DNA from: Chiloscyllium plagiosum
Lineage: Eukaryota
Direction: 5' to 3'
Assembly: GCF_004010195.1 (NCBI RefSeq)
Contig: NC_057717.1
Span: forward strand, 102,417,002-102,453,647
DNA: 36,646 nucleotides
Part shown: piece after piece, positions 11,349 through 22,101 of the stretch
Position numbering within the stretch: position 1 is the stretch's first letter
Layout: each line of letters begins with the position of its first letter
The notes under the pieces: generated by a model
What the model was told of the DNA's origin: nothing
The model's database searches: none
What the model saw: only the letters and a program-made list of their open reading frames with translations
Program-made: the position numbers and the translations under genes

Positions 11349-11529
11349 AGTCAAAGAGTGTAGTGCTGGAAAAGCACAGCCAATCATGCAGCCTCCAAAG
11401 TTCCTGATTAAGGGCTTATGCTCAAAACGTCGACTCTCCTGCTCCTCAGATGCTGCCTGACTTGCTGTGCTTTTCCAGCACCACACTCTTCAACTCTGAG
11501 CTCCAGCATCTGCAGTCCTTGATTTTGCC
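11349..11529 (+). mobile_element. Penelope-like family A insert with inverted 5' segment
   Basis: 14-bp TSD TGAGGGAGATAATG (11335-11348, 11530-11543). Inverted arms AAGAGTGT.GTGCTGGAAAAGCACAGC. Degenerate motif CTGATTA-A-GGGC-TTAT-GCTC-AAAA-CGTC at 11404-11431. Confidence 0.78.
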
Positions 11530-11825
11530 TGAGGGAGATAATGGCCCAGTGGTGTTATCACTGGACTGTTAATCCCATAACCTAGGTAATGTTTTGGGGA
11601 CCTGGGTTCAAATCTCACCACGGCAGATGGTTGAATTTGAAAGTATTTTGGATTTAAGAGACAATGATGATTGCCCTTTTTGGGAAAGAAATCTGCCATC
11701 CTGACCTGGTCTGGCCTACATGTAACTCCAGACCCATAGCAATGTGATTGACCCTTAACACAATTAGGGATGGGCACTAAAAGCTGCCTCACCAGTGACA
11801 GCCGCATCCTGTAAATGAATAAAGG
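11530..11825 (+). mobile_element. tRNA-headed SINE whose tail matches the LINE at 12985-13445
   Basis: A box TGGCCCAGTGG, B box GGTTCAAATC, core AAATCTGCCATCC..ACCTGGTCTGGCCTACATGT.ACTCCAGACC, tail CAATTAGGGATGGGCA..TGAATAAA. Other copies at 21063 and 23692. Confidence 0.8.
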
Positions 11826-11834
11826 GAGGAAAAA

Positions 11835-12165
11835 GATGCTTTGCAGCAACTCGGGGGAGATGCTTTGAAGAGGATTGTGTTTGATCACTGCCATGACTTG
11901 GTCACTCCCAGGCAGGTATTGGTTAAAGTGCTCACCAGTAAAGACACCAGCTGCTTACCCATTTGAATTGTTCAGTTTGTGTTCTCAGTCCGGCCACAGA
12001 CACAGCTGGGAGTCCTGGCTTTGTAAGGGTTAAACCAAGTCCTCTCTCACTGGTATCACATTGCAAGGTAACTTCATCATTGACAGCATGGCTCTTCACC
12101 TCCAGTGTTGTCATTCACAGTTGTTTGATTCCAGAGAAAGCCGCTCTTTAATCCGTTCTGATACT
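11835..12165 (-). pseudogene. Decayed Gypsy RNase H domain
   Basis: ORF 11932..12114 NDEVTLQCDTSERGLG..LRTQTEQ, followed by EHFNQYLPG..KHNPLQSI (cf. VTLQCDAS..GLG, QYL.G, DHKPL). Confidence 0.8.
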
Positions 12166-12167
12166 CT

Positions 12168-12655
12168 AGGAGAGGCTGTATTGGATGGGGCTGTTTTCCC
12201 TGGAAAGTTGGAGACTGAGTGTTGAGCTTATAGAGGTTTATAAAATCATGAGAGGTTGGATAGGGTGAATAGACAAGATCTTTTTCCTGGGGTGGGGGAG
12301 CCCAGAACTAGAGGGCATAGGTTTATGGTGAGAACTAGAGGGCGTAGGTTTATGGTGAAAACTAGAGGGCGTAGGTTTATGTGAGAGGGGAAAGATATAA
12401 AAGGGATCTAAGGGGCAACATTTTCATGTAGAGGGTGGTGCATGTATTGAATGAGCTGCTGGGGACAGGGTGGAGGCTGGTATAGTTCAACATTTAAAAG
12501 GCATCTGGATGGGTATATGAATAGAAAGGGTTTAGAGGGATATGGGCCAAATGCTGGCAAATGGGACTAGATTAGGTTGGGATATCTGGTCAGCATGGAC
12601 GAGTTAGACTGAAAGGTCTGTTTCCGTGCTGTCCATCCCTTTGACTCTGTGACTA
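12168..12655 (+). mobile_element. CR1 3' fragment with an internal 27-bp triplication
   Basis: CTTATAGAGGTTTATAAAATCATGAG..TTTAGAGGGATATGGGCCAAATGCTGGCAAATGGGACTAG..GACTCTGTGACT tail. Three units at 12304, 12331 and 12358. Confidence 0.88.
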
Positions 12656-12985
12656 AGTGAGCTTGCCGAGAGGTTTATACTCTGATGACAAATTAGCCAA
12701 AAATTTTAGAATCATAGAGTCATGCAACACAGAAAAAAAGCCCTTCAACCCATTGAGTCTGTGCCAGTCAAATACAACCTCACTATCTTAGTCCCATTTC
12801 CTAGCACTTGGTCCACAGCCTTGTGTACCTTGGCATCACCAGGGCACATCTAAGTACTTAATTTTGCCAAACCATTCACAAAACTGACAATTCCTTTCAT
12901 TGCTACCAACATCTATCAGTTGCTGCTCCTCTGCTTCAACTCTTGTCTTGTCAGAATCCGGGTGTCAGTCTGTGACTTACCAGTG
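12656..12985 (-). pseudogene. Gypsy RT/RNase H connection remnant, with a CR1 3' end (~12708-12860, minus) inserted
   Basis: Hand translation PDSDKTRV..IVSFVNGLAK | KFLANLSSEYKPLGKLT on either side of the CR1 insert, which is flanked by AATTTT repeats. Confidence 0.7.
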
Positions 12986-13445
12986 TGACTCCATGCATCT
13001 TCCAATACCAATCCAATCGACAAAGCAGCCCACCTGATTGGCACAAGCACCCACTCCCTTCCCCACCCATGCTCAGTCACAGCAGTATGTACGAGATGTA
13101 CTGCAGAAATTCACCAAGGCTCCTCAGACAGCACCTTCCAAACCCACAACCATTTCCATCTAGAAGGACGAGGGCAGCAGATACGTGGGAACACCACCCC
13201 CTGCAAGTTCCCCTCCAAGCCCCTCACCATCCTGACTTGGAAATATATTGCTGCTGCTTCAGTGTCACTGGATCAGAATCTTGGAATTCCCTCCCTAAGG
13301 GCATTGTGGGTCAACCCACAGCAGGTGGACTGCAGCGGTTCAAGAAGGCAGCTCACCCCCCACCTTCTCAAGGGGCAATTAGGGATGGGCAATAAATGCT
13401 GTTCCCAGCCAGCCACACCCATGTCGCACAAAACAAATAAATAAC
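12985..13445 (+). mobile_element. LINE 3' end (CR1/L2-group), partner of the SINE at 11530
   Basis: WNSLP and GLQRFKKAAH C-terminal motifs; 3' UTR GGGCAATTAGGGATGGGCAATAAATGCTG with an A-rich tail. Reverse-strand fragment at ~35088-35180. Confidence 0.75.
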
Positions 13446-14250
13446 AAAATCTTCTCCAGCAGGTACACCTGACTCTGATCATGGCCTGTATCTATTGTGT
13501 TCCCATATCCATAACCAAGCAGAGTGTCCACAATAGATTCCACTCTGGAAAGCTCAATGACCACCTCTGCTCTCTACCTTGATACTTTTCCACACCAGTG
13601 GAAGTGTTAAATGGCATCCACAACTGTCCAGCCACCCTGTGCACTGAGGGTGGTAAAGACCCTTGCTTTGGCATGCATTGGGAAAACGTCTACAATGCTT
13701 GGCATATGGTGATGGGAGATTTTCGAAGATTTATTGCAATCCTTTTGCCCTCAGTTTTCCCAGTCTTTTTCCTCAACCTTACCCATGATGCTGATGCAGT
13801 CTGTCAGAGTTGTCACTTTCTTGAATACTCCCCTTTCTTCCAGCGCCCCCCCTCGCTCGCTCAGACTGGAATAAGGCAGCCAGAACTCTCCTTGGCAAAT
13901 ACTGTCATGCTCTCACATACCTGGGGATGGTATTTGATGGGAAGCAATCTAAAACCTGTGCAAAACGTCTCTGTGATCTTTTAGGATCTGTTCAGCAATT
14001 AGTGGCCTGCGATGTGTTTTAAATCTCCTCTGACACGTTTGAGGCAATTGGTCCAAGCTTTAGATTTGCTGGAGCTGGGAAGATTGGATATTGGATTACG
14101 TCTGCTATCTAGCACTCCAGATCTTCACGCACTCCATTGCATTGGGCTCTCTCCTCAGAATGAAGATCACTCCATCATATAGCCTCAACCTCACCCTCAA
14201 GGGCTTGTTTCTGGGTCACCATCTTGAACCCCATGTTGTCTGTCAGCTCA
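13446..14250 (-). pseudogene. Decayed Gypsy reverse transcriptase
   Basis: Hand translation KGVFKKVTT.TD.IS, DCNKSSKISHHHMPSIVDVFP..AKARVFTTLSAQGGW, WMPFNTSTGVEKYQ, VESIVDTLLGYG.G..HDQ (catalytic xxDD degenerated to IVDT). Confidence 0.82.
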
Positions 14251-14251
14251 T

Positions 14252-15230
14252 GACCAAAAGACCATAAAAAAAACAGGAGCAGGCCACACACACTGCTCTG
14301 CCATTCAATAGGATCATGGGTAGTCAGACATTCCTCACACCCACTTTCCTATCCATTCCCTTAACTTCCCTATTGATCAAGAATCTATCTCAGTCTTCAA
14401 TACACACAGGGACTCTGACCCCCACAGCTCTCTGTGGCAAGATGTTCCAAAGACTCACAAGCCCCTGAGGGAAGAAATTCCTCCTCAGCTCTGTCTTAAA
14501 TCAGCATCCCTTTATTCTGAGACTATGCCCTCTGTCCCAGCCTCTCCCATGAGGAGAAATATCCTCTCAGCATTGACCCTGTCAAGCCCCTTAAGAATCT
14601 GATGTGCTTCAATGAGATCACCTCTCAATCTCCTAAACTCCAGAGCCCCAACCTGTTTGACCATTTGCTCATAAGACAATTCCTCCGACAAAGCTTCTCT
14701 GAACTGCCTCCAATGACATAATATCGTTCCTAACCCTTCAGGGTGAGAGGGGAAAGGTATAAAAGGGACCTAAGGGGCAACCTTTTCATGCAGAGGGCGG
14801 AACGTGTATGGAATGAGTTGCCAGAGGAAGTGGTGGAGGCTGGTACAATTACGACATTTAAAAGGCATCTGGATAGGTATATGAATAGGAAGGGTTTAGA
14901 GGGATATGGGCCGGGTGCTGGCAGGTGGGACTAGATTGGGTTGGGATATCTGGTTGACATGGACGGGTTGGACCGAAGGGTCTGTTTCCGTGCTTTACAT
15001 CTCCCCAGCACCTTGTACGGTGGCAGTAAGACCTCCCTATTCTTACACTTCAACCTCCTCGAAAAAAGCGCCAACATCTCATGACCCTTTCCGATTACCT
15101 GCTGTGCCTGTGTGCTAGCTTTCTGTGTTTCTTGCACAAGTTCCTCCAAGTCCCTTTCTGCTGCAGCTTTCTACAGCTTTTCCCTGTTTGTTCTCTCCTC
15201 CACAGTGAACAACTTCACATTTTCACACAT
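14252..15230 (-). mobile_element. Older CR1 3' fragment, with a plus-strand CR1 3' end nested at ~14740-15003
   Basis: Minus-strand CR1 motifs (CCATTCAATAGGATCATGG, GAGATCACCTCTC, KNREVLL..YKVL). Plus-strand ORF 14743..14934 RGERYKRDLRGN.F.QR..RVWNELPEEVVEAGTI. Confidence 0.8.
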
Positions 15231-15420
15231 GATGTTACACAAAGCCGCAGCCTCTGTTTGACACCTGGCACTCACTCGGGCCCTCTTTCTGCTGTTGTCA
15301 TTCTAACAGTCACAAGCCCCCACCTACCATCTTCGCCAACCTGTTCCACGACACAGAGTGAGTCATCAGAAACATCAGCTGACATCTCTCCAAGCATCAC
15401 CTTTAATAACGTGATTTAAA
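15231..15420 (-). pseudogene. Possible Gypsy gag-end/protease remnant
   Basis: DDSLCVVEQVG..W.LVTVRMT..CQV..CNIM lies where the protease (CQLDTGA.CNV) is expected upstream of RT; the catalytic motif is not intact. Confidence 0.45.
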
Positions 15421-15447
15421 TTTTTATTATCCCCTGCTAAACATTCA

Positions 15448-15770
15448 GGGTGGGCACTGTTAGCATTGCTGCCTCACGGTGCCAGGGATCTGGGTTCGAT
15501 TCCAGCCTTGGGCAACAGTCTGTGTGGAATTTGCACATTCTCCCTGTGTCTGCGTGGATTTCCTTCGGATGCTCCGGTTTCCTCCCACAGTCCAAAGATG
15601 TGCAGGTTAGAGTGGATTGGGCATTCTAAATTGCCCATTATGTCCAGGGATGTGCAGGATAAGGTGAACTATGGTAATTGTGGGATTATAGGGATAACGT
15701 CGAATGCTCTTTGAAGCTGTCTTGATGGGTGAAACAGCCTCTATCTGCACTGTTGGGATTCTATGATTTA
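15448..15770 (+). mobile_element. HE1-type SINE
   Basis: TTAGCATTGCTGCCTCAC..GGGTTCGATTCCAGCCTTGGG..GTCTGTGTGGA.TTTGCACATTCTCCC..GATGTGCAGGTTAG; tail GGGATTCTATGATT. Confidence 0.88.
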
Positions 15771-16729
15771 ATAGGAGGAGAAATTACCCCATTTCAAAGG
15801 GTTGTGAATCTGTGGGATTCTTCACCCCAGAGAGATATGGGTGCTCCATTGTTTGAAGCTGAGATTGATGGATGTTTAGCATCTTGGGGAATTGAGGATG
15901 AGGGAGTGAGCAGCAAAGAGGAACTGAATCCCAAGCTAAGGCACAGGCAAAATGAATAGTGAAGCCAGTCCAAGGAGCCACGAGATGTATTTCTGCTCCT
16001 ATTTCTAGTTCTTTGTTTCATTCCATTCCTTCCCTTTCTAAGGGAACTCCCTTGCAACCTGCAAAACAAATGCTTAAAAAGAGTGGTATCGCAGGCAGAG
16101 AAACAAACCAGTTCAGGGGAAACGATGCATGACTACTTACAGACAACTCCACCACAGAAACATGGAAAGAACAAAGGGGTCATTACAAATGGAGGGGGAT
16201 GCAGAGAACCTTGTGCCAACCGTTTTCACTGACAATTGTTTAGGGAATGTTTTGAATCAGTCGAACAGAAACTTCACGATTCTGCAAGTTGGTTCGAACC
16301 TAGCAATTCAGCCCGAAGGCAAATACAAGTTGAAGTCATGTTAAAAAGGCTCTTGCCAAACTTTTTGATGCAATCTTGTTTTCAGAAAGTGCGAACTGCA
16401 TGTTTTGACGTTTGAGTTCTACTGTAATTTAAAGGGCTCCTGTTGAAAAACTTCCAGAGAGTTGCAGCAGTAGTGCTCACTCTCCTCTTGCTCGGTTTAT
16501 TGATCCCTCTTCACTTTATATTATTATGACAAGACCTTAAAAGAAAGCAATGTGCACACTCATCGAATTTGAGAAAATACAAAGCTCTTGCATGGAACAG
16601 CCTGCAAGAAAGCCAAAGTCTTAATGCAGAATCTGAGTTTTTATTGCCACATGGAGTGTTATGTACCTGTCTTGGTACACTGTGGGTTGTCTACCAGCCT
16701 TGGTGTATTGAGCACTGTATACCGGTCTT

Positions 16730-18060
16730 ATTATAAGGATTATAAAAGGTTGGATTTATAATCATCTTGAAAGGAATAATTTGATTAGGGATAGTCAACA
16801 CAGTTTTGTGAAGGGTAGGTTGTGCCTCACAAACCTTATTGAGTTCTTTGAGGAAGTGACCAAACAGATGGATGAGGGTAAAGTGGTTCATGTGGTGTAT
16901 ATGAGTTTCAGTAAGGTGTTTGATAAGGTTCCCCACGGTAGGCTATTGCTGAAAATACGGAGGCATGGGATTCAGCGTGATTTAGTAGTTTCGATCAGAA
17001 ATTGGCTAGCTGAAAGAAGACAGAGTGTGGTGGTTGAAGGGAAATGTTCATCCTGGTGTTCAGTTACTAGTGGTGTACTACAAGGATCTGTTTTGGGGCC
17101 ACTGCTGTTTGTCATGTTTATAAATGACCTGGATGAGGGCATAGAAAGATGGTAAATTTGTGGATGACACTAAGGTCGGTAGAGTTGTGGATAGTGCTGA
17201 AGGATGTTGCAGGTTGAAGAGGGACATAGATAAGCTGCAGAGCTGGGTGGTAAATGGAGTTTAACTTGGAAAAGACTGAGGTGACTCACTTTGCAAGAAG
17301 TAACAGGAATACAGGGTGCTGGGTTAATTTTTGGTAAGATTCTTGGTAGTGTAGATGAGCAGAGAGATCTCGGTGTCCAGGTGCATAGATCCCTGAAAGC
17401 TGCCACCCAGGTTGATAGGGTTATTAAGAAGGCATATAGTGTGTTAGGTTTTATTGGTAGAGGGATTGATTTTCAGAGCCATGAGGTCATCTTGCAGCTC
17501 TACAAAACTCTGGTGCAGCCGCACTTGGAGTATTGCATACAGTTCTGGTCACCGCATTATAGGAATGGAGTATTGCATACAGTTCTGGTCACCGCATTAT
17601 AGGAAGCATGTGAAAGCATTGGAAAGGGTGCAGAGATTTACCAGAATGTTGTCTGTTATAGAGGGTAGGTCTTGTGAGGAAAGGCTGAGGGATTTGAGGC
17701 TGTTTTTGTTAGAGAGATGGTTAAGAGGTGACTTAACAGAGACATACAAGATGATTAGAGGATTAGATAGGGTGGAGAGTGAGGGCCTTTTTCCTTGGAT
17801 GGTGATGGCTAGCACGAGGGGATGTAGCTTTAAATTGAGGGGTGATAGATATAGGACAGATGAGCAGTAAGGATGTGGAACAATCTGTGTGCAACAGTAG
17901 TAGACTCGCCAACTTTAAGGGCATTTAAATGGTCATTGGATAAACTTATGGATGATAATGGAATAGTGCAGGTTAGATGGGCTTCAGATTGGTTTCACAG
18001 GTCGGCACAACATCGAGATTCGAAGGGCCTGTATTGTGCTGTAATGTTCTATGTTCTATG
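16730..18060 (+). mobile_element. CR1 LINE, 5'-truncated (RT to 3' UTR), with a 40-bp tandem duplication
   Basis: ORFs 16781..17155 ([45 protein letters not shown]), 17291..17602 and 17454..17870; (TGTTCTA)n tail. Confidence 0.93.
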
Positions 18061-18291
18061 TCTTGGCATATTGAGGTCTATACACCAGCCCCCTTAATGC
18101 ACTGAGGGTTGTGTGCCAATCTTAGTCTAGTGTGTGCTCTCCATCAGCCCAGGCACCCTGAGGATTATGTACCAGCCCTGGCACATTGAAGGTTGTATGC
18201 TGTTTAATGCAGATTCTTCATTGGTCATGCCATTTTATTTTGAAATGTAATGTGTATATGATCTGGGCTAAAATGAGTGAAATTGAACATC

Positions 18292-18470
18292 AAGTCCAGG
18301 CTGACACTCCTAGTGCCTAGACTGAGGCAGTGCTGGCCTCAGCTGAGAGGTTATTGTGAGGCCTGAGGGTCTTTAATATTCGACAGCGGTGTGTCTTATC
18401 AACTGGGAGAGCTCGCTCTGATGGCCTGGTCAATATTTATCAAGGAAGATTGTGCCATTTTCTTACATTT
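18292..18470 (+). mobile_element. Degraded Deu-domain-type SINE fragment
   Basis: CCAGGCTGACACTCC.AGTGC..ACTGAGG.AGTGCTG and CCTGGTCAATATTTATC resemble shark DeuSINE (SacSINE1-like) motifs, recalled from memory. Confidence 0.5.
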
Positions 18471-19084
18471 CTGTATTATTGATTGCAGACTGAAATAAGA
18501 AAACGACTGTTTTAAAGACTGAGGATTGTGGAAAAGGTTGTTGTACCTTGAAGAAGAAGCCGGTAACCTGGCCATCATTGTCAGCGCTGTTTATACTGCT
18601 GTTTGTCAAACAGTGGTAGACTGTCTACATGCAGACGAGCTGGACCCAAACACTGTGTCAGAATAGAGATCCGGCTGGCACAAATTGCTAATTGGTCTGG
18701 TGAATGTTATTAATGACAACGGCCTTCTGCCTGCCGACAAATATGTGATTGGTCAGCAGGGAGCTGAACAGCTTGTGGATGTGAATGATTAGGCAGAAGC
18801 CGGGGGACCTATTAAAAGGGAAGGAATTGTCCCTTCTCTCTCTCTGCAGTAAAAGAAAACACCACAATGCGTGAAGAAAGTCAATTTATTTGCCCTCATC
18901 AGTTGCTCTTAATCAATAAGTCAGAGGTGAACCAAACACTGTGTGCTTCATGCAAACAGGGCAAAGCACCTGGAGACAGAAGATTGAGAAACAGCATGTC
19001 CTGATCAGGCAAAGGAATCATCTTTAGTGAACCCAGTGAACATGGAACGTTGAAATGCCTTCTCAGTCTTTCCTTCCACAAATG

Positions 19085-19252
19085 TGACAGAGGGACAGAG
19101 ACAGAGCAAGAGTGTGAGAGCCCGCACGAGAGCATGTGAGTATATGTGAATGTGTCAGAGTGTGTATATGTCTGTGTGTGTATGTTAGACTATGTGTGAG
19201 AGAGTGTGTGTGTGTCTGTGTGCATGTATATGTGTGTGAGTAAGCGTGTGTA
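19085..19252. repeat. Imperfect (GA)/(TG)n microsatellite
   Basis: Direct inspection: runs of GTGTGT, ATGTGT and GAGA. Confidence 0.85.
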
Positions 19253-20604
19253 GGGGGACAGCTTATAAAGATTTAGAGTTTTAACTAGTAACATTACAGA
19301 TGGACAGAGCAAAATTGTTTACCTGTAGCTGAAATTTATTGCTTCATAAGAAATGATAATTCTTGCTTGGTACAGAAACCTAGTCTGAGTTTTTTTAATC
19401 AATCTAGGTTTAAAAGATAGGGAGAACAGGGAATTGTTTATAAAATTTTTAACATTTGTGACAACTCTAGGAAATAACAGGGGATTGATTTCCAACATGT
19501 TACTCCAACGGCAATAATAAAAACAAGACACGAGATTATCTGGTCATTAATGAATGTAACTGGCTTGCAAGTGAAACCTTGCCATCAGACCAGCGTTATC
19601 ATAATAACACAGAAGAATTATGTACTCCCCACTGAGCCTTTTAATCAAGTACCTTTCTCCAATACATTGAACCTTCTGAGAGAGATCACCAGGCAGAGAC
19701 CAGACAGAACCCCCAAATACAACCCTCAGGTAACACGGCAAAGTAAATCCAGCACAATTTACCCAACAGCTCAGCAGTACGCAAACCTGACCACTCATGG
19801 TTCAGAGTTGACCTTCGCAGCCAACATTATTCCATTTTGGGTTTGATTCATGTCTGTGATTATCACTCCAGTCATTAAGTTTTGTGTGGACGTTTCTCAA
19901 GATCCTGTGAAAGAAGTTAGTGGAATTTATGAGAGTGTACCTACTTACCAAAACAGTGGAAATATTGTCATTTATTTTAGCTCAAGAGGAACAAATTTGG
20001 CACCTAATTTCGGTTTCTTCCTTTAAATCACAGCTTGAACTCAAGAACAGATTTAGCAGTGTCCTTTCTTAGTGTCAAGGTGAAAAATTTGGATGATCTG
20101 GACCAGAGTCTCCATTGGGCATCAAACAAATCTGTGAACGAAACATTGCCAATGAGTTCACCCAAGCTGAATACATCTGGTGAATGTATGGTCTTAGAAT
20201 TTGTATCAAGAGTTCATTAATTACAATCTCTTATGTCTTCATATCATCGAAAGGGACATAGAGAATCTGGGAGCACTTACAGTCAAAGACGAAGAGTGTC
20301 CCATTCACCTGCTGCCATGCTGTGTCTGGGGTAGACGCTGAAGGGACTGGAGGTGGGTGACACCTATCAACATCCGCTCCCTTTTTGCCTCACCTTAATA
20401 AAAATTGTAGAATGGCCACAGGGTAAGATGGGGGTGTTGGGGGCGCGAGTAGGAAGTGTTCGGGCTCTATGCCCACACGCTCACACTTACCTGGCCAGCC
20501 ATATTCTTCCTTGTTTTTTTTTTAACCATTCTGCTTCTTCCATTTCTCTTTTGTATCAAAGTTCTCCCTTTCTTCTTTCCTACAGCTGCGGTGGTGGGAG
20601 GTCT

Positions 20605-20735
20605 TAAGAAATAGGAGCAGAGTTAGAGGCCATTTGGCCTATCGAGATTACTCTGCCATGCGATTGTGGCTGATATGCCCCTCACCCCAATTTTCCTGCC
20701 TTCTCCCCATGTCCCATCAACCAATTGCCAATCGG
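20605..20735 (-). mobile_element. CR1 3' end fragment
   Basis: TAAGAAATAGGAGCAG..AGGCCATTTGGCC..CTCTGCCAT..TGGCTGAT..CCTGCCTTCTCCCCAT. Confidence 0.7.
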
Positions 20736-21062
20736 TGGATTTGGATGTCTATTCCTCTTGGCCATAGTGGGCTGCAGCTTTAGAGAAGGCTCCATGGTGA
20801 GTGGGCCTGGTCCTTTCCTCCTGACGGTGATGGGGCGGTTTCAGTGGTGGCAACACGGTGATTCCTCGTGACCTTGCAGCAATGTGGCAGTGACTTGACT
20901 GCTTCAACATCGGTGACTTGGTGGGTCTGAGTCTGCCCTTCCTTGCTATGGTGACAGTGCAGTGACTTCAGTGTCAGCTGTGGTGGTGGTAGTGTGCTAG
21001 TGTGTAATCCAAAGATCCTTCCTTAGATGGCCTCAGGGCCACCTTCAGCAGTGACATCCTTA

Positions 21063-21390
21063 GTGGCCTAGTGGTATTATCACTGCACTGTTAATCTAGA
21101 GACCCACATCACATTCTGTGAGCCTGGTTTCAAATGCCACTGTGGCCAGATGGTGGAATTGGAATCCAATGAAAACCTGGAATTAAGGGTCTAACAATGA
21201 TTATGAATCTATTATTGGAAAAAACCCCCCATCTCTTTCACTAATGGTCCTCAGGGAAGGACACTACCATCCTTACCTGGTCTAGATATCCACATGGTTC
21301 CAGACACAGCAATGTGGTTAACAGTTAACTGCCCTCTGGGCAATAAATGGCAGCTTAACCAGTGATGCTCACATCCTGTTAATTAAAATA
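21063..21390 (+). mobile_element. tRNA-headed SINE (same family as 11530)
   Basis: GTGGCCTAGTGGTATTATCACT, GGTTTCAAATG, CCATCCTTACCTGGTCT, CAGCAATGTGGTT, GGGCAATAAATG. Confidence 0.8.
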
Positions 21391-21888
21391 ATTTTTATTT
21401 AAATCCCATAATTGCTCCCAGATTATTGTGCAGGAAAGAAATGATGAATTTCGTCCTAACTTTGTTTCAATTATTTAGTCATAGAACTGACTTTAAAAAT
21501 CATTTCTGTAATTAAAATGGCACAGAATTGTAGTGACATATACACATCTCACTGTATTTTCATAAATACAAGTGACAATAAATTGGTATTCTAAAAAATA
21601 TGTTTAGTCCTGAAAAAGAAATCACATCAAGGCGTCAGGGTCTCCTGATTAAAGCTTCACAAAAATAAGTTTTAACAAAACAGAGACTTGTCCAACTGAC
21701 AGATCACCCACGGTAACTTTTTATTAATCTCCAAAATAGTCAACAGATACATTTGTTCTTAAGTAATGGAATGAGCAACTACAATTATAGAGCACTGAAA
21801 AAGAGACCCTTCAGCCCTTTGCATCCAGGCCAGTCATCAAGCATCCAGTGTCATGTCTCATACCTGGACTGGACTTTAACATTGTAAA

Positions 21889-22101
21889 TAAAGTTAAAAA
21901 TCACAACACCAGGTTAGAGTCCAACAGGTTTATTTGAAAGCACTAGCTTTCGGAGCACTGCTCCTTCATCACGTTCTTCCAAAGACGTAGGAGCAGAGTT
22001 CCAAAAGCTAATGCTTCCAAATAAATCTGTTGGACTATAACCTGGTGTTGTGTGATTTCTTAAACTTGGTCCACCCCAGTCCAACACCAGCACCTCCTCA
22101 T
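21889..22101 (+). mobile_element. Penelope-like family B short palindromic insert
   Basis: 9-bp TSD CATTGTAAA (21880-21888, 22102-22110). Inverted arms homologous to 26829-27302 and the same 3' extension CACCCCAGTCCAACACC. Confidence 0.8.

Noticed and set aside
19547..19846. Overlapping 98-aa and 83-aa ORFs
   Set aside because: No recognisable domain or convincing splice context; length is within chance expectation.
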